Assembly: GCA_039621445.1 (NCBI GenBank) | Contig: CP154954.1 | Location: 1,054,001-1,118,000, forward strand | Source: Euglena gracilis | Taxonomy: Eukaryota | Direction: 5' to 3' | Length of the DNA stretch: 64,000 bases | In this document: positions 28,050 to 38,992 of the stretch, piece by piece | Layout: each line of letters begins with the position of its first letter | Numbering within the stretch: position 1 is the stretch's first letter | Notes under the pieces: model-generated | Database searches by the model: none | Told to the model about the DNA's origin: nothing | The model's input: the letters and a program-made list of their open reading frames with translations, nothing else | Position numbers and translations under genes: made by a program

Positions 28050-28309
28050 CCTTTTTTTTAATTAACGCTTGTCATTTAGAAATACTGCTGGTTATTACCA
28101 GAGGAAGGTGAGGACGACGTCAAGTCATCATGCCCCTTATATCCTGGGCTACACACGTGCTACAATGGTTAAGACAATAAGTTGCAATTTTGTGAAAATG
28201 AGCTAATCTTAAAACTTAGCCTAAGTTCGGATTGTAGGCTGAAACTCGCCTACATGAAGCCGGAATCGCTAGTAATCGCCGGTCAGCTATACGGCGGTGA
28301 ATACGTTCT

Positions 28310-28346
<37 letters not shown>

Positions 28347-28466
28347 TGGCTGTGCCCGAAGTTATTATCTTGCCTGAAAAGAGGGAAATACCTAAGGCCT
28401 GGCTGGTGACTGGGGTGAAGTCGTAACAAGGTAGCCGTACTGGAAGGTGTGGCTGGAACAACTCCC
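26980..28466 (+). rRNA. rrs: 16S rRNA (copy 1; 9-nt deletion near 28050)
   Basis: GAGTTTGATCC, GTGCCAGCAGCCGCGGTAA, AAGTCGTAACAAGG. Confidence 0.97.
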
Positions 28467-28552
28467 TTTAGTTTTTTAACTAAAAAAATGTATAGATTGA
28501 AAACAATGAAAAATAAAAAAAATAAGTAGGGAAACCTCTTATTTTTCCAAGA

Positions 28553-28626
28553 GGGCTATTAGCTCAGTTGGTTAGAGCATACCCTTGATAAGGGTAAGGT
28601 CGCTAGTTCAAGTCTAGCATGGCCCT
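28553..28626 (+). tRNA. trnI: tRNA-Ile(GAU)
   Basis: GGGCTATTAGCTCAG...TTGATAA...GTTCAAGT cloverleaf in the 16S-23S spacer. Confidence 0.95.
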
Positions 28627-28635
28627 CTTGGTTTT

Positions 28636-28708
28636 GGGGGTATAGCTCAGTTGGTAGAGCGCTGCCTTTGCAAGGCAGATGTCAGCGGTTCGAGTCCGCT
28701 TATCTCCA
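28636..28708 (+). tRNA. trnA: tRNA-Ala(UGC)
   Basis: GGGGGTATAGCTCAG...TTTGCAA...GTTCGAGT cloverleaf. Confidence 0.95.
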
Positions 28709-28726
28709 AAAAGGTTTTGATGTAGG

Positions 28727-30646
28727 TTCAAATGAACAAGGGCTTATGCGGGATTGCTTGGCATTTAGAGTCGAAGAAGGGCGTAGAAATTAACGATATG
28801 CTTTAGGGAGCTAAAGACGAGCTTTAATCTAAAGATTCCCGAATGGGGCAACCTATTACTTTAACATTACAATGAAATGGTATACAAATAATGTAGAGAA
28901 CTTGGTGAACTGAAACATCTTAGTAGCCGAAGGAAAAGAAAGCAAAAGCGATTTTCTTATTAGTGGCGAGCTAACGGAAATCAGCCTAAACCTTTATGGG
29001 TGTTGTGGGTATATTATAATTACTGAAAAAGATAGAGAATTTGTTGAAAACAAAATCAAAGAGGGTTTTAAATCCCGTATTTGTTTTTAAAAAGTAATTT
29101 TTGATTTTCCCGAGTAGCATAGAGCACGTGGAATTTTGTTTGAATCAGCGAAAACCATCTCGTAAGGCTAAATACTCCTAAATGACCGATAGTGTACGAG
29201 TACCGTGAGGGAAAGCTGAAATAGAACACTGAGAAGTGAGTGAAATAGAATATGAAAGCATAAGTTTACAAGCAGTAGGAGATCTATTTAAAGATTGACT
29301 GTGTGCCTGTTGAAGAATGAGCCGGCGACTTATAGGTGATGGCAAGGTTAAGGTTTTTCCGGAGCCATAGTGAAATCGAGCTTAAATAAAGCGAAAAACT
29401 TTCTTCTTGAAAGTTTATGTCATTGCTTATAGACCCGAACCCAGGTGATCTAATCATGGTCAGGTTGAAGTTTTGGTAAAACAGAATGGAGGACCGAACC
29501 CACCAATGTTGAAAAATTGGGGGATGAACTGTGATTAGGGGAGAAATTCCAATCGAACTTGGAGCTAGCTGGATCTCTTCGAAATGCGTTGAGGCGCAGC
29601 GTTTAATTATGGTAAACATTAGGGGTAAAGCACTGTTTCGATGCGGGCTATGAAAATGGTACCAAGTTGTGGCAAACTCTGAATACTAAGTTATATTTCA
29701 ATTAATCAGTGAGACAGTGGGGGATAAGCTTCATTGTCAAGAGGGAAACAGCCCAGATCACTACTTAAGGCCCCTAAATAATTACTAAGTGGTAAAGGAT
29801 GTACTATTACATAGACAACCAGGAGGTTGGCTTAGAAGCAGCCATTCCTTTAAAAAGTGCGTAATAGCTTACTGGTCAAGTGATAGTGCGCCGAAAATGA
29901 ACGGGACTAAGTAATTTGCCGAAGGTGTGAGAGAAATCGGTAGAAGAGCGTTCTGTGTTGAAGAGAAGGAATAGTGAAAATAGTTCTGGATTAAACAGAA
30001 GTGAGAATGTCGGCTTAAGTAACGAAAACATTGGTGAAAATCCTATGCTCCGAAAACCTAAGGTTTCCTTAGCCAGGTTCGTCCTCTAAGGGTTAGTCAG
30101 GTCCTAAAATAAGGTTTAACAACGTAAATTGATGGATGACAGGTTAATATTCCTGTACCGAATGCTCACTTGTAAGGAGTGACGAAAAAGGCTAGATCGG
30201 CCACGTGATGGTTTGTGGTTTAAGGGTTCAAGAGGTATCAAATATTAAAAAAAATATTTTGTCTTAAGGCCTGAATAGTATAAATACTACGGTATTGAAA
30301 GTGATTGATGTCATGTTTCCAAGAAAAACTTTTGTTTATGTATAGTGAGCTCGCCTGTACCGTAAACTGACACAGGTAGGTTAGTAGAATATACTAAGGA
30401 GCGCGAGATAACTCTTTCTAAGGAACTCGGCAAAATGACTTCGTAACTTCGGAAGAAGAAGTACCTCTAATGAGGTGGCAGAAAAGAGGTCCAAGCGACT
30501 GCTTACCAAAAGCACAGGTCTCCGCGAAGTTGAAAAACCATGTATGGGGGCCGAGGCCTGCTCAGTGCAGGAAGGTTAAAGAAATTGGTTAGCGTAAGCA
30601 AAGCTAGTGACTGAAGCCCCTGTGAACAGCGGCAATAACTATAATT

Positions 30647-30699
<53 letters not shown>

Positions 30700-31187
30700 T
30701 TAACGATTTGGACACTGTCTCAGAAAGAGACTCGGTGAAATAGAATTGACTGTGAAGATGCGGTCTACTTGCACTTGGACAGAAAGACCCTATGAAGCTT
30801 TACTGTATCCTGAAATTGGTTTCGGGCTTTTTTTGCGCAGAATAGGTGGGAGGCTATGATCTTGTCTTTTGGGATACGGGGAGCCGAAAAATGAGATACC
30901 ACTCTGAGAAAGCTAGAAATCTAATCTTAATCTTATGTACAATCATGATAATTGACAGTTTCAGGCGGGCAGTTTTACTGGGGCGGTAGCCTCCTAAAAA
31001 GTAACGGAGGCGTACAAAGGTTTTCTCAGGCTAGACGGAAATTAGTTGTGGAGTGTAAAGGCATAAGAAAGCTTGACTGTGAGACTTATAAGTCAAACAG
31101 AGACTAAAGTCGGTCTTAGTGACCCGACGGTGCTGTATGGAAAGGCCGTCGTAAACAGATAAAAGTTACTCTAGGGATAACAGGCTG

Positions 31188-31247
<60 letters not shown>

Positions 31248-31264
31248 ACCTGGGGCGGTAGTAC

Positions 31265-31299
<35 letters not shown>

Positions 31300-31603
31300 T
31301 ACGTGAGCTGGGTTCAGAACGTCGAGAGACAGTTCGGTCCATATCCGGTGTGAGCGTTAGAGTATTGAAAGGCGCTTTCCTTAGTACGAGAGGACCGGGA
31401 AGGACGCACCACTGATGTACCAGTTTTTGTGCCAACAGAATACGCTGGGTAGTCAAGTGCGGAGTGGATAACTGCTGAAAGCATATAAGTAGGAAGCCCA
31501 CCTTAAGATAAGTACTCTTCATAGGTCACGGTAAGACGAACCGTTTGATAGGTATTAGGTGTACAATTGGTAACAATTTTAGCCGAGATATACTAACCGA
31601 CCG
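28727..31603 (+). rRNA. rrl: 23S rRNA (copy 1)
   Basis: GAACTGAAACATCTTAGTA, CCTAAGGTAGCGAAATTCCTTGTCGG, sarcin-ricin loop AGTACGAGAGGACC. Confidence 0.97.
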
Positions 31604-31690
31604 AAAATTTTTTCCTATATGAAAACAAAACATTTATTTTTACTTGTCACTTTTTTAAGATTTAAAAGTTTCTTGAATGAACTTTTATTT

Positions 31691-31806
31691 TAGGGTGCTC
31701 TTGTCTTTATGGATCCACTTAAAACATTTCGAACTTGCAAGTTAAACATAAAGGGTAAATAGATACTTGAAAGGTTACTTTCCGGGAAAAGATTTTAGTG
31801 CCCTTA
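31691..31806 (+). rRNA. rrf: 5S rRNA (internal-repeat variant)
   Basis: ~116 nt after 23S with a terminal stem AGGGTGCT/AGTGCCCT and the CGAAC motif. Confidence 0.85.
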
Positions 31807-32659
31807 TGGGAAGTTTAATTTATTTAATTGTCTCTTAGTGAGTTTATTTATTAATATTAACTCGATTTTCGAGTAATTTTTATGACTGCCGTTACGTTAG
31901 TGTTTTATTGCATGGATAAATGTATTGTGGTATAATTAAACCAAGGAATTTGTCAAACCACGTTTCCTTTAAGTTTGAATTTTTTTTGGCCAAAACATGA
32001 TGCTTCCGAAAAAATAAGACAATCTGTTTATAGAAATCAGTGAATTTCGTAATATTTTTCTTTTAAAATTTTAAACGATATGAATAATATCCTCGAGTGT
32101 TTGGAAAATGACTATGTTTCTTCGCTAATATAAAAGATTAATCACAAAATTCAACAAGATAGGTTGAATCATAGTGAGAATATTAGGTAATCTTCTGATA
32201 AGAGTTTTATTTTGTTGTACATTATAGTTATTGCTACTTTGTATTTGGTTCTTTGTGTTATGTGTGTGCTTTTTAGTTGTAAATTTTTTGCTAGTAAGAA
32301 GCGTGTCGTTCATTGTCGATTTGGACGAATATTTATAAAATGCTACAAGAGACCAAAATGTCTTTATACTTCTTATATTGCTGCTGAGTACCCTATATTT
32401 TGTGATATTGAAAAATATTAAGGTAAGGTTCCTAGACTTTCATACGTAAATGCTCATGCGCACAGTTTAGGTGTTATGCTTTTATCCCTGATCTTGTGAA
32501 TTCTTTTCATTCACAAGAAATAACTTAGCTTAATTCCTAGTGTAAATTTTTCCGTACTTTAACGTGTGGCTGGGACAATTTTTTTATTTTTTATTAAAAT
32601 ACCGTATAAATTTTAAAAAAAAAAAAAAATCAAAAGGAAAATTTTTTATTTTTCAAAGA

Positions 32660-32735
32660 TCACTATTATCTTTTATTATTATAGAATACCTTTGATAAGG
32701 GTAGGGTCGTGGATTGAATCCTTGTATTAGCCAAA
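32660..32735 (+). pseudogene. Pseudo-tRNA-Ile in the rrn leader
   Basis: AGAATACCTTTGATAAGGGTAGGGTCG resembles the trnI anticodon arm (AGCATACCCTTGATAAGGGTAAGGTCG); D and acceptor arms are decayed. Confidence 0.75.
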
Positions 32736-32757
32736 TATTTCTTTTCTTTAAAATCCT

Positions 32758-32811
32758 AAGGCGTAGGTCTCCAAAACCTGATGTAGTAGGTTCGAATCCT
32801 ACAAAGCGCGC
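32758..32811 (+). pseudogene. Pseudo-tRNA-Trp (3' two-thirds) in the rrn leader
   Basis: TAGGT-CTCCAAA-ACCTG anticodon arm (CCA), GTAGG-TTCGAAT-CCTAC T arm, no matching 5' acceptor strand. Confidence 0.78.
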
Positions 32812-32891
32812 TTTTAGTGGGCACATTATAGTAAATGTGCCCCTTGCTTGGTCACCAAGAGGGTGAGAGGATTTGACCAACTTTGATGTTT

Positions 32892-33635
32892 TGGAAATGA
32901 CGAGTTTGATCCTTGCTCAGGGTGAACGCTGGCGGTATGCTTAACACATGCAAGTTGAACGAAATTACTAGCAATAGTAATTTAGTGGCGGACGGGTGAG
33001 TAATATGTAAGAATCTGCGCTTGGGTGAGGAATAACAGATGGAAACGTTTGCTAATGCCTCATAATTTACTAGATCTATGTGAGTAGCTAGTTAAAGAGA
33101 ATTTCGCCTAGGCATGAGCTTGCATCTGATTAGCTTGTTGGTGAGGTAAAGGCTTACCAAGGCGACGATCAGTAGCTGATTTGAGAGGATGATCAGCCAC
33201 ACTGGGATTGAGAACGGAACAGACTTCTACGGAAGGCAGCAGTGAGGAATTTTCCGCAATGGGCGCAAGCCTGACGGAGCAATACCGCGTGAAGGAAGAC
33301 GGCCTTTGGGTTGTAAACTTCTTTTCTCAAAGAAGAAGAAATGACGGTATTTGAGGAATAAGCATCGGCTAATTCCGTGCCAGCAGCCGCGGTAATACGG
33401 GAGATGCGAGCGTTATCCGGAATTATTGGGCGTAAAGAGTTTGTAGGCGGTCAAGTGTGTTTAATGTTAAAAGTCAAAGCTTAACTTTGGAAGGGCATTA
33501 AAAACTGCTAGACTTGAGTATGGTAGGGGTGAAGGGAATTTCCAGTGTAGCGGTGAAATGCGTAGAGATTGGAAAGAACACCAATGGCGAAGGCACTTTT
33601 CTAGGCCAATACTGACGCTGAGAAACGAAAGCTGA

Positions 33636-33667
<32 letters not shown>

Positions 33668-33760
33668 TTGGCCGTAAACTATGGATACTAAGTGGTGCTG
33701 AAAGTGCACTGCTGTAGTTAACACGTTAAGTATCCCGCCTGGGGAGTACGCTTGCACAAG

Positions 33761-33841
<81 letters not shown>

Positions 33842-33909
33842 AGGATTTGACAGGATCTAGGAGGAAGTTTGAAAGAACGCAGTACCTTCGGGTATCTAGA
33901 CACAGGTGG

Positions 33910-33974
<65 letters not shown>

Positions 33975-34230
33975 TTTTTTAATTAACGCTTGTCATTTAG
34001 AAATACTGCTGGTTATTACCGGAGGAAGGTGAGGACGACGTCAAGTCATCATGCCCCTTATATCCTGGGCTACACACGTGCTACAATGGTTAAGACAATA
34101 AGTTGCAATTTTGTGAAAATGAGCTAATCTTAAAACTTAGCCTAAGTTCGGATTGTAGGCTGAAACTCGCCTACATGAAGCCGGAATCGCTAGTAATCGC
34201 CGGTCAGCTATACGGCGGTGAATACGTTCT

Positions 34231-34268
<38 letters not shown>

Positions 34269-34387
34269 GGCTGTGCCCGAAGTTATTATCTTGCCTGAAA
34301 AGAGGGAAATACCTAAGGCCTGGCTGGTGACTGGGGTGAAGTCGTAACAAGGTAGCCGTACTGGAAGGTGTGGCTGGAACAACTCCC
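32892..34387 (+). rRNA. rrs: 16S rRNA (copy 2)
   Basis: Same conserved motifs as copy 1. Confidence 0.97.
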
Positions 34388-34473
34388 TTTAGTTTTTTAA
34401 CTAAAAAAATGTATAGATTGGAAACAATGAAAAATAAAAAAAATAAGTAGGGAAACCTCTTATTTTTCCAAGA

Positions 34474-34547
34474 GGGCTATTAGCTCAGTTGGTTAGAGCA
34501 TACCCTTGATAAGGGTAAGGTCGCTAGTTCAAGTCTAGCATGGCCCT
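34474..34547 (+). tRNA. trnI: tRNA-Ile(GAU)
   Basis: Identical to 28553-28626. Confidence 0.95.
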
Positions 34548-34556
34548 CTTGGTTTT

Positions 34557-34629
34557 GGGGGTATAGCTCAGTTGGTAGAGCGCTGCCTTTGCAAGGCAGA
34601 TGTCAGCGGTTCGAGTCCGCTTATCTCCA
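34557..34629 (+). tRNA. trnA: tRNA-Ala(UGC)
   Basis: Identical to 28636-28708. Confidence 0.95.
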
Positions 34630-34647
34630 AAAAGGTTTTGATGTAGG

Positions 34648-36567
34648 TTCAAATGAACAAGGGCTTATGCGGGATTGCTTGGCATTTAGAGTCGAAGAAG
34701 GGCGTAGAAATTAACGATATGCTTTAGGGAGCTAAAGACGAGCTTTAATCTAAAGATTCCCGAATGGGGCAACCTATTACTTTAACATTACAATGAAATG
34801 GTATACAAATAATGTAGAGAACTTGGTGAACTGAAACATCTTAGTAGCCGAAGGAAAAGAAAGCAAAAGCGATTTTCTTATTAGTGGCGAGCTAACGGAA
34901 ATCAGCCTAAACCTTTATGGGTGTTGTGGGTATATTATAATTACTGAAAAAGATAGAGAATTTGTTGAAAACAAAATCAAAGAGGGTTTTAAATCCCGTA
35001 TTTGTTTTTAAAAAGTAATTTTTGATTTTCCCGAGTAGCATAGAGCACGTGGAATTCTGTGTGAATCAGCGAGGACCATCTCGTAAGGCTAAATACTCCT
35101 AAATGACCGATAGTGTACGAGTACCGTGAGGGAAAGCTGAAATAGAACACTGAGAAGTGAGTGAAATAGAATATGAAAGCATAAGTTTACAAGCAGTAGG
35201 AGATCTATTTAAAGATTGACTGTGTGCCTGTTGAAGAATGAGCCGGCGACTTATAGGTGATGGCAAGGTTAAGGTTTTTCCGGAGCCATAGTGAAATCGA
35301 GCTTAAATAAAGCGAAAAACTTTCTTCTTGAAAGTTTATGTCATTGCTTATAGACCCGAACCCAGGTGATCTAATCATGGTCAGGTTGAAGTTTTGGTAA
35401 AACAGAATGGAGGACCGAACCCACCAATGTTGAAAAATTGGGGGATGAACTGTGATTAGGGGAGAAATTCCAATCGAACTTGGAGCTAGCTGGATCTCTT
35501 CGAAATGCGTTGAGGCGCAGCGTTTAATTATGGTAAACATTAGGGGTAAAGCACTGTTTCGATGCGGGCTATGAAAATGGTACCAAGTTGTGGCAAACTC
35601 TGAATACTAAGTTATATTTCAATTAATCAGTGAGACAGTGGGGGATAAGCTTCATTGTCAAGAGGGAAACAGCCCAGATCACTACTTAAGGCCCCTAAAT
35701 AATTACTAAGTGGTAAAGGATGTACTATTACATAGACAACCAGGAGGTTGGCTTAGAAGCAGCCATTCCTTTAAAAAGTGCGTAATAGCTTACTGGTCAA
35801 GTGATAGTGCGCCGAAAATGAACGGGACTAAGTAATTTGCCGAAGGTGTGAGAGAAATCGGTAGAAGAGCGTTCTGTGTTGAAGAGAAGGAATAGTGAAA
35901 ATAGTTCTGGATTAAACAGAAGTGAGAATGTCGGCTTAAGTAACGAAAACATTGGTGAAAATCCTATGCTCCGAAAACCTAAGGTTTCCTTAGCCAGGTT
36001 CGTCCTCTAAGGGTTAGTCAGGTCCTAAAATAAGGTTTAACAACGTAAATTGATGGATGACAGGTTAATATTCCTGTACCGAATGCTCACTTGTAAGGAG
36101 TGACGAAAAAGGCTAGATCGGCCACGTGATGGTTTGTGGTTTAAGGGTTCAAGAGGTATCAAATATTAAAAAAAATATTTTGTCTTAAGGCCTGAATAGT
36201 ATAAATACTACGGTATTGAAAGTGATTGATGTCATGTTTCCAAGAAAAACTTTTGTTTATGTATAGTGAGCTCGCCTGTACCGTAAACTGACACAGGTAG
36301 GTTAGTAGAATATACTAAGGAGCGCGAGATAACTCTTTCTAAGGAACTCGGCAAAATGACTTCGTAACTTCGGAAGAAGAAGTACCTCTAATGAGGTGGC
36401 AGAAAAGAGGTCCAAGCGACTGCTTACCAAAAGCACAGGTCTCCGCGAAGTTGAAAAACGATGTATGGGGGCCGAGGCCTGCTCAGTGCAGGAAGGTTAA
36501 AGAAATTGGTTAGCGTAAGCAAAGCTAGTGACTGAAGCCCCTGTGAACAGCGGCAATAACTATAATT

Positions 36568-36620
<53 letters not shown>

Positions 36621-37108
36621 TTAACGATTTGGACACTGTCTCAGAAAGAGACTCGGTGAAATAGAATTGACTGTGAAGATGCGGTCTACTTGCACTTGGA
36701 CAGAAAGACCCTATGAAGCTTTACTGTATCCTGAAATTGGTTTCGGGCTTTTTTTGCGCAGAATAGGTGGGAGGCTATGATCTTGTCTTTTGGGATACGG
36801 GGAGCCGAAAAATGAGATACCACTCTGAGAAAGCTAGAAATCTAATCTTAATCTTATGTACAATCATGATAATTGACAGTTTCAGGTGGGCAGTTTTACT
36901 GGGGCGGTAGCCTCCTAAAAAGTAACGGAGGCGTACAAAGGTTTTCTCAGGCTAGACGGAAATTAGTTGTGGAGTGTAAAGGCATAAGAAAGCTTGACTG
37001 TGAGACTTATAAGTCAAACAGAGACTAAAGTCGGTCTTAGTGACCCGACGGTGCTGTATGGAAAGGCCGTCGTAAACAGATAAAAGTTACTCTAGGGATA
37101 ACAGGCTG

Positions 37109-37168
<60 letters not shown>

Positions 37169-37185
37169 ACCTGGGGCGGTAGTAC

Positions 37186-37220
<35 letters not shown>

Positions 37221-37524
37221 TACGTGAGCTGGGTTCAGAACGTCGAGAGACAGTTCGGTCCATATCCGGTGTGAGCGTTAGAGTATTGAAAGGCGCTTTC
37301 CTTAGTACGAGAGGACCGGGAAGGACGCACCACTGATGTACCAGTTTTTGTGCCAACAGAATACGCTGGGTAGTCAAGTGCGGAGTGGATAACTGCTGAA
37401 AGCATATAAGTAGGAAGCCCACCTTAAGATAAGTACTCTTCATAGGTCACGGTAAGACGAACCGTTTGATAGGTATTAGGTGTACAATTGGTAACAATTT
37501 TAGCCGAGATATACTAACCGACCG
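34648..37524 (+). rRNA. rrl: 23S rRNA (copy 2)
   Basis: Near-identical to copy 1, offset 5921 nt. Confidence 0.97.
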
Positions 37525-37611
37525 AAAATTTTTTCCTATATGAAAACAAAACATTTATTTTTACTTGTCACTTTTTTAAGATTTAAAAGTTTCTTGAATG
37601 AACTTTTATTT

Positions 37612-37727
37612 TAGGGTGCTCTTGTCTTTATGGATCCACTTAAAACATTTCGAACTTGCAAGTTAAACATAAAGGGTAAATGGATACTTGGAAGGTTGCT
37701 TTCTGGGAAAAGCTTTTAGTGCCCTTA
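37612..37727 (+). rRNA. rrf: 5S rRNA (terminal variant, 5 substitutions)
   Basis: Homologous to 31691-31806, with differences in the 3' half. Confidence 0.85.
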
Positions 37728-38992
37728 TCGCGAGTTTATTTATTAATATTGAGTATGTTTTTGATTGATTTTTATGAATTTTGTCGATTTCTTTGTTAAA
37801 GTAGTTAAAATCTTTAAAGTTTTGATAAAAAATTTTTCTCTCAACAAGTTAAATAATAAAAAAACATCATGTTTGAACTTTTTGTAAAGAAATTTTTAAG
37901 ACAATCTTTGAATAAAGAAAAAGTGACTCTTAAAAATTTGAACTCTAATACTTTTTTGGTTATGATTTTTTGTCAATTTAATAATTATTTATACTATTGC
38001 TTAAAATTTTTTCTAATATTGAGCTAGTTTAAACTTTGTTATTTTACTATAATACCATAAATTTGCCAAACTTTCCTATTACAAGAATTGAAGATTGTTA
38101 TTTTTTCAAGTTAGGACAAAAATTGTACGTCAATTTTGTTAAAAATACTTTAATTTTTTATGGTTTATTTTCTCTATTGTATGTGTAACACTTGACCTAT
38201 TTATATTAGTAAAAATGGTTCTAATTTTATCAAATTTCCATCTAATCAACTAAATATAGAATTAGAGCATCGTTTTCGTTATAAATTTCAATATAATATT
38301 TAATGAAAAAATTTTTTTAATAAAAGCCAAATTTTTATTAAATGGTAAGAACAAGTAATTTTTTTACAAAAAATATAAATTATTAAATTTTTAGAAAACT
38401 CCTATGATATGAAAAAAACAAGACAATAATTTTTTAGTATCAAATTTAATAAAGAGGCAAATTTTTCAATTTTTAAAGTTTTGAGTTAATAAAAACAATT
38501 TGTTCATATAATACCATTTTAATTTTTTCAACTTTTTTGAAAAACTAATAGTTTTATGTAGTGTAATATCAAAATTTATGTTATAAAAAAACTATTATTT
38601 AACAAGAGTTCGTTTATTTTTTTCGAAAATTTATTTATTTAACTCAGCATCTAATTTGTCTTTAATAATGGAGAGTAATGAAACTAAAAGAGAAGTAAGC
38701 ATTAACAGGTTGGTTGCAAACTTCCGTAAGAAAGCCTTTGAAAATAAAGGATTAAAAAAGCTCGTTCTTGGTTAATTAATTTTGGCCATGAAAATAATGC
38801 GAAAAATAGTACTTCTGCAAAATTGTATAAACATCGAAGTAATTGTTTTAAAACATTATTTTTTTAAGGGAACTTTTTGTTTTATTAAATATTAAGGTTA
38901 GTTAATTTATATGCATTTAAAATTAATTTTAAAAAATCCATTATACTATTAATGTCAAATCAAAGAAACAGACTGTTTGAACTTTGTGAGAA

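Larger units (their letters stand above)
26980..37727 (+). repeat. Direct tandem repeat of the rrn operon, unit ~5.92 kb
   Basis: Matching shadow ORFs are offset by 5921 (29284/35205, 31166/37087). Confidence 0.95.

Noticed and set aside
32758..32811. Functional tRNA-Trp
   Set aside because: The 5' acceptor strand and D arm are missing, so it is kept as a pseudogene
26838..37443. ORFs overlapping 16S/23S rRNA (and their mirror copies at 52.0-61.7 kb)
   Set aside because: Shadow frames of conserved rRNA genes
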